This document shows, one piece after another, positions 19,505 to 28,411 of a stretch of 64,000 nt of DNA. Source of the DNA: Candidatus Poribacteria bacterium. Its GTDB lineage: Bacteria > Poribacteria > WGA-4E > PCPOR2b. Where the stretch lies: assembly GCA_965208325.1 (NCBI GenBank), contig OZ242326.1, forward strand, positions 3,424,001 to 3,488,000. Reading direction: 5' to 3'. The number at the start of each line of letters is the position of its first letter. Within the stretch, counting starts at the first letter, position 1. Position numbers and translations under genes: made by a program. A model generated the notes under the pieces. It had not been told where the DNA came from, did no database searches, and saw only the letters and a program-made list of their open reading frames with translations.

Positions 19505-20422
19505 ATGAAAACCTACAAAGACCTACCCTCCGATGGCGGTTCTGATATCGTCGGGCAGGTGACTCAACAGGTCAACCGCCTGCAGAAACGGCTTGCATCG
19601 GTGCGTCATACCGTCGCTATCATGAGCGGAAAGGGCGGGGTAGGTAAGAGTTTGTTGACGGCAAATCTTGCTTCAGCGCTTAGATTGCGCGGATACGATG
19701 TTGGGATAGTTGACGCTGATATCAATGGCCCGTCAATCGCCAAAATGACGGGGGTGAGGTCGGTACAGATTATTTACGACGCTGCCGGTGTGAAACCTGC
19801 GGTGAGTCCATCGGGCGTCAAGGTGATGTCGATGGATCTGTTCCTCAAGAACGACGAATCCCCGGTGCTTTGGGAAGCCCAAACGCAGAAGGACGCTTTC
19901 ACTTGGCGCGGGACGATGGAGGTGACCGCACTCCGCGAATTCCTATCTGATACCGAATGGGGCGCACTTGACTATCTGCTAATCGATCTGCCGCCCGGTT
20001 CGGACCGGCTGCCGAATCTCGCCGATTTGCTGCCGACGCTCGGCGGCGCCATCGTGGTCACCATTCCTTCCGGCGTCTCACAGCTTGTCGTAAAGAAATC
20101 GTTGACGATGGCAAAGGCAGCACTCAACATACCGGTGATTGGTATCGTCGAAAACATGAGCGCATACATCTGCGCCAGTTGCGGCAAGACGGAAGGCTTG
20201 TTCCCGACTGGGAATACGGAGGAGACGGCGCATCAATTCAACATTCCGTTACTCCCCAAAATTCCGTTCGATCCACGTCTTTCAATCGCCGCTGACGACG
20301 GTGAGAACTTTTTAGAACACAACGCCGAAACACCAGCCGCAAAGGCGATAATCGAAGTTGGCAAAAAAATCGAGACGTTTTTTGAGAACAACACTGCAAG
20401 TGTGCCACGGAGCGACTCATGA
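19505..20422 (+). CDS. Mrp/NBP35 (ApbC-like) ATP-binding protein
   Basis: SGKGGVGKS, DADINGPS, DLPPG, ENMS..CASC. Confidence 0.9.
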   Translation: MKTYKDLPSDGGSDIVGQVTQQVNRLQKRLASVRHTVAIMSGKGGVGKSLLTANLASALRLRGYDVGIVDADINGPSIAKMTGVRSVQIIYDAAGVKPAVSPSGVKVMSMDLFLKNDESPVLWEAQTQKDAFTWRGTMEVTALREFLSDTEWGALDYLLIDLPPGSDRLPNLADLLPTLGGAIVVTIPSGVSQLVVKKSLTMAKAALNIPVIGIVENMSAYICASCGKTEGLFPTGNTEETAHQFNIPLLPKIPFDPRLSIAADDGENFLEHNAETPAAKAIIEVGKKIETFFENNTASVPRSDS

Positions 20423-20934
20423 AATTTCTATGCCTCGAATGTAACACGGCTATGCAATTTAAGGAAGCCGCAAAACCCGATCAAGGTTCATTAACGGCAA
20501 TCTTCGAGTGTCCGGACTGTTTTGCCGAGTTTGCAATGCACATGAACCCGTGGGAAACCCAAATGCTGAAGTCCCTCAACGTTCAGCTCGGCGGCAAAAG
20601 CGAAGCGGCGCAGCCGATGCAGATGGTACGCTCCTTTTTAAGCGAGCAAGGCGGCGCAACCGCCGCAACAGATCAGAACACGCAGACAACAACCATGACG
20701 CCTGAGTCGGAAGGCGGCAAGTGTCCGTTTACATCAGTTGTCGCAGAAGCATTTCAAGAACCGGATTCGTCCGGACCGGTATGGACGCCGGAAGCCTTAG
20801 CGCGTTTGGAGCGTGTGCCTAGCTTCGTCCGTCCGATGGCAAAGACTAGCATTGAAGAGTTCGCACGTGAAAATGGGCACACCGAAATCACCACCGACAT
20901 CATGGATTCTGCACGCGGCAGTTTTGGGATGTAG
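20419..20934 (+). CDS. Zn-ribbon + PCP_red-like domain protein
   Basis: CLEC...CPDC; C-terminal WTPEALARLERVPSFVRPM. Confidence 0.8.
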   Translation: MKFLCLECNTAMQFKEAAKPDQGSLTAIFECPDCFAEFAMHMNPWETQMLKSLNVQLGGKSEAAQPMQMVRSFLSEQGGATAATDQNTQTTTMTPESEGGKCPFTSVVAEAFQEPDSSGPVWTPEALARLERVPSFVRPMAKTSIEEFARENGHTEITTDIMDSARGSFGM

Positions 20935-21080
20935 GAGTATGTCGCAGCAATTACGGAAGAAATCTTCTTACACAAGTATTGGCAGACCAGTGTGAGGCGT
21001 TAATGTAGAACATTTCATTCTGCAGATTGTATTTACTTTTCTCGGCGGGACCGCTTCTATGTTTCACGGTACACTTATCC

Positions 21081-21578
21081 ATGCGCCAATTCGTCGAACT
21101 TGTCATTCGTTGGATACACCTAATCGCCGCAATCGTCTGGTTCGGCAGCGTCTTTTTTTCAGTCAGCATCGCTACACCGGTATTGAGGAAGCATTTCCAA
21201 ATCGTTGAAAGTGTCCGGCATACCGCCGAGATTCTGGAGCGCTTACGGCATATTATCCGTTTCACGATTCACGTGCTTCTAATCACTGGTGCGATGAACG
21301 TGTTCATCGTTGGATTGAACACGCAGATGCGCTTTTCTCAGGACTACGGCTATTTTGTTGTTTTTATCGCGAAACTCGCTTTTGTTGGATTGATGACGCT
21401 GTTCCATAGCCTGCATATCGCCGTTTTCAACCGAAGATTGGAATCAGCAGCGGCAAACCCAGATTTTGACGCTTCAGAGGTCTCCAAGCTCCAAAAGCGG
21501 GTGGACCTATTTGGAATTTTTACGATACTCACCGGGCTTGTTGTCTTTGCGTTATCGTTGCGTTTGAGAGTGGATTGA
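21081..21578 (+). CDS. CopD-like four-TM membrane protein
   Basis: 'RWIHLIAAIVWFG', 'KLAFV...H' helices. Confidence 0.6.
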   Translation: MRQFVELVIRWIHLIAAIVWFGSVFFSVSIATPVLRKHFQIVESVRHTAEILERLRHIIRFTIHVLLITGAMNVFIVGLNTQMRFSQDYGYFVVFIAKLAFVGLMTLFHSLHIAVFNRRLESAAANPDFDASEVSKLQKRVDLFGIFTILTGLVVFALSLRLRVD

Positions 21579-21615
21579 TAAACTAAGTGAAGCGTGTCAT
21601 TAGGGAAGTAAATAC

Positions 21616-22917
21616 ATGGAAACGAAAATCCAAGCCGTCTCATGGAATATCACACGGTTATGCAATCTCAAATGCACACACTGTTATCTCCCCGCCGGCT
21701 TTGTGGATACGAACGAGTTTCCAAACGGGTATTATCGAGACGCGGAATTGACGCAGCCCGAGTGTTTCCGCGTGATAGATGAGATTGCCGAAGTCAATCC
21801 CAACATCCTCCTGATACTCACAGGCGGCGAACCGTTGCTGCGGCCTGACATTTTGAAAATCTCGGATTATGCGGCTCAAACCGGATTCTTAGTGGTGATG
21901 GGTACGAACGGCGTCCTGCTGAACGATGAAACGGTTCGGCGGATGAGCGATCACGGTGTTGCCGGCGCAGGCATCAGTTTGGATGCTGTGGACGCGGTTA
22001 ATCACGACAAGTTCCGGGGGATGGAGGGCGCCTGGGAGAGTACGATGAACGGGGTCGAAGCCCTTAAACGGGCAAACCTCGATTTCCTTGTGCAGACCTC
22101 TGTGACACAGTGGAATTACGATGAGGTCCCGCAAATCGTCGATTTTGCCTATGAACTCGGCGCGAAGGTCTTTAACCTCTATTTCCTTGTGAGAACCGGC
22201 AGGGGGAAAACGGTGATGGATATCACACCGGCTCAATATGAACAGATGCTCTCGACACTCTTTGAGTTGCAGTCGAAATATCGCGGCAAGATGTTGGTTG
22301 CAGCGAAATGCGCGCCGCACTACAAACGGGTCATTTTTGAACAGCAATCAGATTCGCCCTTCCTGCAAGCCTATCCGAGCGGTACGTGTCCCTGCGGCAT
22401 CTATTACTGCCGCATTACGCCGGAAGGCGATTTGACGCCGTGCCCCTACATGCCGGTGAGCGTCGGCAATCTGAAGACGGATAGTTTCCAGACACTCTGG
22501 AACCAGTCGAAAGTCTTTCGCGAACTGCGAAATCGGGAACTGCTGGAAGGCAAGTGCGGCGCCTGCGAATTTCGCGACGTGTGCGGCGGTTGCCGCGCCC
22601 GCGCCTATGCCCAAACCGGTAACTATCTCGCTGAAGATGCGTCTTGCGAATACCAACCCGGACAGGTTGGCGGCCAAAACGTTCGGTTCGAAAAGACTAC
22701 CCCCTTTGCGGCCGAAACCGACTACGAGTTACAGTGGACGGATGCTGCGCAGAAAAGATTGCAGCGCGTGCCCTCCTTTGCTCGCGGGATGGTTACCAAA
22801 AGTATCGAGAATTACGCCCGCGAACACGGTTGCCATGAAATTACACCGGAAATCATGAAAACAGTCAAGGATCGGTTTGACAAAACGGGAATCCCGTCGT
22901 TTAGACCTCGGCGGTAA
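21616..22917 (+). CDS. Radical SAM/SPASM protein (AhbD/NirJ-like heme biosynthesis family) with C-terminal PCP_red-like module
   Basis: WNITRLCNLKCTHCY, TGGEPLLR, SPASM GKCGACEFRDVCGGCRARA, tail WTDAAQKRLQRVPSF. Confidence 0.85.
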   Translation: METKIQAVSWNITRLCNLKCTHCYLPAGFVDTNEFPNGYYRDAELTQPECFRVIDEIAEVNPNILLILTGGEPLLRPDILKISDYAAQTGFLVVMGTNGVLLNDETVRRMSDHGVAGAGISLDAVDAVNHDKFRGMEGAWESTMNGVEALKRANLDFLVQTSVTQWNYDEVPQIVDFAYELGAKVFNLYFLVRTGRGKTVMDITPAQYEQMLSTLFELQSKYRGKMLVAAKCAPHYKRVIFEQQSDSPFLQAYPSGTCPCGIYYCRITPEGDLTPCPYMPVSVGNLKTDSFQTLWNQSKVFRELRNRELLEGKCGACEFRDVCGGCRARAYAQTGNYLAEDASCEYQPGQVGGQNVRFEKTTPFAAETDYELQWTDAAQKRLQRVPSFARGMVTKSIENYAREHGCHEITPEIMKTVKDRFDKTGIPSFRPRR

Positions 22918-22978
22918 AACACGGTTAACAAAGGTAAATTTCACGCATGACGCCCGCACACTTTGAGGAGAAAAAACT

Positions 22979-23392
22979 ATGAATAGTGAAAACCGAGTTG
23001 AAGACAGGCTATCAGCCGTTGAAGACCGGTTAAACCGCTTGGAAGTTTTATTGGTCGGCATCAGCCAGAAACTGGATCAGAAACCCCAGCCGACTGCGAT
23101 TGACGAGGAGAAAGGCGAAGCGTTCAAAGAGTGGGTGACCGATTACGTTTCAATGCGCTTGCAGCAGCTTGTGCCCGAAACATGCGATCATCCGGCAGAC
23201 ACGAATTCGCACGAAGGTCCGTTCTTGGATAACACCTCAGTCCGTTGCACAGAGGAAGTTGTTCATCGCGTCAAACGCATCCCGATTCCGTTTGTTCGGG
23301 AGATGGTGGTTCAACGTGTGGCGGAAAATGCCCGCCGTGCAGAGGTTGATGTGGTTGACGTGGAATTCTTTGAAAGTGCGGCGACCTTTTGA
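22979..23392 (+). CDS. Coiled-coil protein with PCP_red-like C-terminus
   Basis: GAGGAG RBS; 'TEEVVHRVKRIPIPFVREMV..RVAENAR'. Confidence 0.7.
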   Translation: MNSENRVEDRLSAVEDRLNRLEVLLVGISQKLDQKPQPTAIDEEKGEAFKEWVTDYVSMRLQQLVPETCDHPADTNSHEGPFLDNTSVRCTEEVVHRVKRIPIPFVREMVVQRVAENARRAEVDVVDVEFFESAATF

Positions 23393-23868
23393 CAGTGCAA
23401 AGCCACGGAGGAGTTTCCTCTGCCGCATTTCCATTGGGAGGATTTTTTAACCACTCCGCTCTGAACCAAGACTCCAAAATCTTCAACCAAAATATGGATT
23501 GGGTGTTTAATCTTTTCTCCGAATATCTTGAGAACGACTTCAAGAAGCGGCTAGGCATTCCCAAGCCGACAGTGGACCAACTCTGGGACGCCTTCAAAAT
23601 CATGTTCCCGGCAACTTCGGCGAGACTCCTGGTGCAAGAGCCGGTTGGAAACACGGTCCGATTCAAACCGCTCGCCTTTTATTATGCGGACGAAATGGGG
23701 CCGTTGATTGAAGATGCGATGGGCTATATCAAGCAAAATTTCGGCGGCGGCAAATTCAAAATCAATTTCTACCAAGGAATGCAGTTCATCGCAACAATCA
23801 ACTTTAAGCCTGAAGGACCAGAAATCTGGCGCGATTTGCCGGAACTTGATGGGGCGGGGGTATCATGA
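23389..23868 (+). CDS. Hypothetical protein (start uncertain)
   Basis: Co-oriented ORF coupled to its neighbours. Confidence 0.65.
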   Translation: MTVQSHGGVSSAAFPLGGFFNHSALNQDSKIFNQNMDWVFNLFSEYLENDFKKRLGIPKPTVDQLWDAFKIMFPATSARLLVQEPVGNTVRFKPLAFYYADEMGPLIEDAMGYIKQNFGGGKFKINFYQGMQFIATINFKPEGPEIWRDLPELDGAGVS

Positions 23869-24287
23869 CACTTCAGCAGACCGTAACGGTATGCCCCGCG
23901 TGCAACAGCAAAAACGTGGAGGCAGTTGACCAAAATTCGTCGTTCTGCCTCGATTGCGATTGGGACAATTTACCGTTCGTCTCGAAAAGAACTGACGCAC
24001 TGATTTCTGCGCTGCGTCACGGCGATCCAGAGGCGCGGCGGGAGGCGGCGCAGACGCTAATCAATATCGGAGATGCCAACCGGCACGTCGCAACGCCCGA
24101 CGACCTCAATCCCCTGCTCGAAGCCCTTGATGACACAGATGACGATGTCCGCTATTTTGCTGCCGTGGCGCTGGGAAAGCTTCGAGATACACGCGCACGG
24201 GCAAGGCTTGAGCACATTGTGCATAACGATCCCTCTGGACTCGTGCGCGAAGGCGCTAGAAGCGCAATCGAATGGATTGAAGATTGA
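23865..24287 (+). CDS. Zn-ribbon + HEAT-repeat protein
   Basis: CPAC...CLDC; 'LLEALDD.DDDVRYFAAVALG' HEAT repeats. Confidence 0.8.
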   Translation: MTLQQTVTVCPACNSKNVEAVDQNSSFCLDCDWDNLPFVSKRTDALISALRHGDPEARREAAQTLINIGDANRHVATPDDLNPLLEALDDTDDDVRYFAAVALGKLRDTRARARLEHIVHNDPSGLVREGARSAIEWIED

Positions 24288-24349
24288 TTCGGCGGCTTAA
24301 TCCTTTCTGGCGCATCAACCTCAAAATCCTGCGTTAAGAAAAAATCCCT

Positions 24350-24769
24350 GTGATTGCCATTTCTAACCTACCCATGATTAATGCCGTCCTAAACTCGATT
24401 AGCGCGGCTCTGCTGACTGCTGGATATTTGATGGTCCGGGGGCGGAGGATTGAAGCCCATAGAAAGTGCATGATTGCGGCTTTCGCGGTCTCCGCGCTAT
24501 TTCTTACCAGTTATCTCGTCTACCACTACCACGCCGGATCCAAGAATTTTACCCTGTACGGCTGGATTCGCCCGGTTTACTTTACGATTCTCATTTCCCA
24601 TATTATCCTCGCCGCGCTTATCATCCCGCTCGCCTTAAGAACCCTCTACCTTGCCTGGCGCAAACAGTTTGCTAAACACCGCCGTATCGCGCGTCTGACG
24701 CTACCGTTGTGGCTATATGTTTCTGTCACCGGTGTAATCATCTATTTCATGCTATACCATCTCCAATGA
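24350..24769 (+). CDS. DUF420 family membrane protein
   Basis: 'NAVLN', 'HRKCM', 'FLTSYLVYH', 'LISHIILA', 'WLYVSVTGV'. Confidence 0.9.
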   Translation: MIAISNLPMINAVLNSISAALLTAGYLMVRGRRIEAHRKCMIAAFAVSALFLTSYLVYHYHAGSKNFTLYGWIRPVYFTILISHIILAALIIPLALRTLYLAWRKQFAKHRRIARLTLPLWLYVSVTGVIIYFMLYHLQ

Positions 24770-25018
24770 TGGGTTGGTATGCTGCCGTTATTCAGGGGCA
24801 ATTTGGTTTGAAATTGCCGACAGCGGTGTAGTATACTGTCTTTTATAATCATTGCGCATAAAAATCATACATTTACTCATTGGTTTTTGGGAGAGGCTTC
24901 TTAGCCTCGATTAATAATCAGTCAATTCCTCCTTGTGTAAATATGAAACGAAACGACCATTAAATCAAACCCTGTCCCGAAATAGCGCAATCCTAAAAAG
25001 GAGTAACGTAAATCAACC

Positions 25019-25774
25019 ATGCCTGCCCAAAGTTCAACGCGCGCCGAGAAAAATTCACAAAGCCCGGATACTTTAGACCTATCTGAAATTGGTGCAACCA
25101 AAGATGGCGTACCTCAAGTCAGTGAGCGGCGGTTGTTTGTGCAACTTCAGGTGTTCGATGGGTGTGCTCAACCGCAAGAACTGGTTGTAGCTTTAGAAGG
25201 CAGCGGTCTAGAGGGTGTCCTGTATCAAGATGTGCACGATTCGTCCGGCGTGGGGCTGCTCTATATGACGGAAAACCCTAACGATCTGGTGACCGAACTC
25301 GAGCTGCTACTAAGGCGGGGTCCGTTTGCATCGCTGCGTCGAAAACCTGAATATACTATGATTGGCAGGACATATTCTTCCGGACGCGAGCCAAATTTAG
25401 AGGAATGGCTGCTGCGAAAGCCGCGCCGGAACATGCTGAACCCAGAATTTTCATGGGCGATTTGGTATCCGCTCCGACGGAAACCCGAGTTTTATCTGCT
25501 TCCAAGATCGGATCAGGGCAAGATTCTAGGCGAACACGCCATGATTGGCCGAGCCTACGCACAAGCGGGATATGCGCAGGATATCCGACTGGCGTGTTTC
25601 GGACTCGATCCGCATGATAATGAGTTTGTGATTGGATTAGTGGGGCCAGACCTGTACCCGCTGTCGCGGCTTGTGCAAGACATGCGGAAAACTCAGCAAA
25701 CCGCCAAATACATCGACTCGCTTGGGCCATTTTTTGTGGGCAAAGTCTGCTGGCAAAAACCGTTGGCGTTGTGA
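25019..25774 (+). CDS. Chlorite dismutase-family protein (coproheme decarboxylase ChdC/HemQ-like)
   Basis: WYPLRRK, proximal EH, GLD..DNEF, MR...GPFFVG. Confidence 0.8.
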   Translation: MPAQSSTRAEKNSQSPDTLDLSEIGATKDGVPQVSERRLFVQLQVFDGCAQPQELVVALEGSGLEGVLYQDVHDSSGVGLLYMTENPNDLVTELELLLRRGPFASLRRKPEYTMIGRTYSSGREPNLEEWLLRKPRRNMLNPEFSWAIWYPLRRKPEFYLLPRSDQGKILGEHAMIGRAYAQAGYAQDIRLACFGLDPHDNEFVIGLVGPDLYPLSRLVQDMRKTQQTAKYIDSLGPFFVGKVCWQKPLAL

Positions 25775-25940
25775 GATTAGAAGCGAAGTGCGTGAAACCA
25801 CGCGTCGGTTCGCCGAGCGATTTCTAATCGCATCGACAATGAGTGCCGTGAAATACCGGCGTCTCGAACCGTCTGGCGGCCATGCCTCCATTCCAATTGG
25901 CCTCCGGCTTTTGATAATTTTCCAAACTCAAAGGCACATT

Positions 25941-26666
25941 ATGAAGAACATCGCTGCAATTGCGTTGAAAGAGTTGTACACCTATTTTGTTTCCCCGGTT
26001 GCTTACTTCGTGTTTTTTATCTTCACGGCGGTCTCTGGCGTTTTCTTTATTTTCATCTTTTACCATGTGTTTCGTTCCCAAATGCCAATCGACGAAGTTA
26101 TGGGGAGTTTATTCCCGACTATGAGCGTTATTCTGCTCTTCTTCACGCCCGCCCTGACCATGAAACTCTTCGCGGAAGAGCGGAAAAGCGGAACCATTGA
26201 ACTGATGTCGACTTCGCCCGTGAGAGACACGGAGATGGTGTTCGGAAAGTTTTTGGCAAGTTTCGTGCTGACGCTATTCATGTTGGTGCTGACTCTGCTG
26301 TTTCCAATCCTCATTGCCGCATTCGGCGACATCGATACGGGCAAAATCGCCAGCGGGTATTTCGGTCTTATCCTGCTGGCATCCACATTTCTCGCGCTCG
26401 GTCTCCTCATCTCCTCAATGAGCAAGAATCAAATTGTCGCGGCGTTGACCAGTTTCGGGATTCTGTTAGCCCTCTGGATAATTGGTTTTCTATCAAATTT
26501 TGCGGGACAGTTAGGTGAATTTTTGGCGTATTTCTCGCTCAATGAGCACTCCCAGGGCTTCGCGCGCGGGGTGGTCGGCGTCAAACATGTTGTCTATTTT
26601 CTGAGTTTCACAACCGTCTGCCTGTTCGCGACTGTTAAATCCGTGGAATCAACAAAATGGAGGTAA
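25941..26666 (+). CDS. GldF-like ABC permease
   Basis: 'KELYTYFVSPVAY', 'AEERKSGTIEL..TSP'. Start trimmed to ATG 25941. Confidence 0.85.
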   Translation: MKNIAAIALKELYTYFVSPVAYFVFFIFTAVSGVFFIFIFYHVFRSQMPIDEVMGSLFPTMSVILLFFTPALTMKLFAEERKSGTIELMSTSPVRDTEMVFGKFLASFVLTLFMLVLTLLFPILIAAFGDIDTGKIASGYFGLILLASTFLALGLLISSMSKNQIVAALTSFGILLALWIIGFLSNFAGQLGEFLAYFSLNEHSQGFARGVVGVKHVVYFLSFTTVCLFATVKSVESTKWR

Positions 26667-26669
26667 TCC

Positions 26670-28334
26670 TTGATGCCAGTTGAACCGAGCGGACTCCCAA
26701 AACACAAACCGGTGAATGGCGCAAACACCCAAACGAGCGACAAGCTGGGACCGCTGTTCGGCTTTTTCAGCCTCATTTTTCTATTCGCAACACTCGTTAT
26801 CCTGTTTCTCTCCAATAACCGTACATCCACTGTCTTCTGGATCTCCCTCGTGCTTGGAATCGCTGCATTTAGCGTTTTCGCTGCCAAGCGTTTTCAGGCA
26901 ATATTGCGCTTCTTTGTTAGCCGCCAAACGCGCTACGGCGCAAACGTTGCAATTAGCATACTGGCAACCCTTGGAATTGCAATCATCCTAAATGTTGTCG
27001 TTGCGCAACGATTCGATAAGGCTGCCGATTGGACAGCCGATAAAACCTTCACCCTATCGGATCAGACGAAGAACATCCTGCACGGATTGGTCCGCGAGGT
27101 TAAGGTGATAGCCTTTTTCAGTAACTCTCCAAACAATCCACGGTCGCAACAGCAATATGGACTCGCTAAAGATATGTTGGAAAGGTACAAGCGAGAAACG
27201 GACAAACTCACGGTTGAATTCGTTGATCCCTACGCAGATCCGCTGAAGAAAGAGGAGCATGGTGTTCGACTCGATGAAACAACAGTCTTTGAGAGCAGCG
27301 GTGAACGGGAGCGGGTAACAGCCGTTGATGAACAGATGTATACAAGCGCAATCATGAAGGTGGTTCGCGATGAGATTAAGAAAATTTACTTTCTGACAGG
27401 CCATGAAGAGCAGTCAATTGACGACTTTGAGCAGGGCGGCTATTCCCAAGCCAAAGAGGAATTAGAGACGCAGAACTATCTTGTTAAAACACTGGTTTTG
27501 ACAACCGTGCCGCAAGTCCCCGCCGATTGCGCGCTGCTCGTTATTCCCGGTCCAAAATCCCCGCTCGCATTACACGAGATTAACGCGATTTCAAAATACC
27601 TAGATAATAACGGCAAATTACTTGTCATGTTTGAACCTTCGATAACACGATCGGAAGATCCGAATTGGAACCTGGTTCGCTTAATGGACCGGTGGGGATT
27701 TTCGGTTGGCAATAACCTCGTGGTAGATTTATCCGATTTCCTGTTTATTGGCGGCATTACTGCACCCGCTGTCACTAGATTTGAATTCCATCAGATAGTG
27801 CGCCACATGCGTCAACCTGTTTCGTTTTTGACCGCCCGTTCCGTGGCGCCAAAGGAAGGCGCAAGACCACAACTCAACGCCAAATCGCTTGCCAAGACGA
27901 CGGATGCGGTTGGCAATAGTTGGGGGGAAACTGCGCGGAAAGAAGACGGCACTTTCGCCGAACCTGAATACACACCGAACGAGGATGCGCCGCCGCCGGT
28001 CTCGCTCGCCGCCGCGGTCGAATTGATGAACGATGAGGAAATATCCGTCAATGAACCAAAGAAAACGAACACTCGTATCGTTGCTGTAGGCGACGCCGAC
28101 TTCGCCTCAAATTTCTTATTTGAAAGAACCGGCGGCGGCGATCTATTTCTGAATGCGGTGAACTGGCTCACGCAGGAAGAAGACCTGATTGCCATCCGCC
28201 CGAGAGACCCAAACGAGCGAACCCTGCGCTTTATGACACCCGGCGAATTTGCATTCGTGCAGATTGCATCGATTTTTCTTATCCCCTTAATTATCTTCTT
28301 TGTCGGGTTGGTCGTCTGGTGGCGGCGGCGGTAG
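26670..28334 (+). CDS. GldG-like ABC auxiliary protein
   Basis: 'DWT..K.FTLS.QT', 'FLTGHEE', 'GDADF', 'NAVNWL', C-terminal TM ending WWRRR. Confidence 0.85.
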   Translation: MMPVEPSGLPKHKPVNGANTQTSDKLGPLFGFFSLIFLFATLVILFLSNNRTSTVFWISLVLGIAAFSVFAAKRFQAILRFFVSRQTRYGANVAISILATLGIAIILNVVVAQRFDKAADWTADKTFTLSDQTKNILHGLVREVKVIAFFSNSPNNPRSQQQYGLAKDMLERYKRETDKLTVEFVDPYADPLKKEEHGVRLDETTVFESSGERERVTAVDEQMYTSAIMKVVRDEIKKIYFLTGHEEQSIDDFEQGGYSQAKEELETQNYLVKTLVLTTVPQVPADCALLVIPGPKSPLALHEINAISKYLDNNGKLLVMFEPSITRSEDPNWNLVRLMDRWGFSVGNNLVVDLSDFLFIGGITAPAVTRFEFHQIVRHMRQPVSFLTARSVAPKEGARPQLNAKSLAKTTDAVGNSWGETARKEDGTFAEPEYTPNEDAPPPVSLAAAVELMNDEEISVNEPKKTNTRIVAVGDADFASNFLFERTGGGDLFLNAVNWLTQEEDLIAIRPRDPNERTLRFMTPGEFAFVQIASIFLIPLIIFFVGLVVWWRRR

Positions 28335-28411
28335 CGCAATAAATGCAGTCTGAACCGCGCCGCGCTGGAAACGCCAAACGCACCCGGATTGGACTGAGAT
28401 GAGACAAACTC

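Noticed and set aside
16089..23392. Chlorophyll biosynthesis inferred from PCP_red-like domains
   Set aside because: No bchL/N/B catalytic domains; only the small accessory module is present.
25019..25774. True chlorite dismutase (chlorite detoxification)
   Set aside because: The distal Arg appears absent by manual alignment, and the context is heme biosynthesis.
25671..25940. N-terminal extension of the GldF-like permease
   Set aside because: Overlaps the upstream gene. Family similarity begins at 25941.
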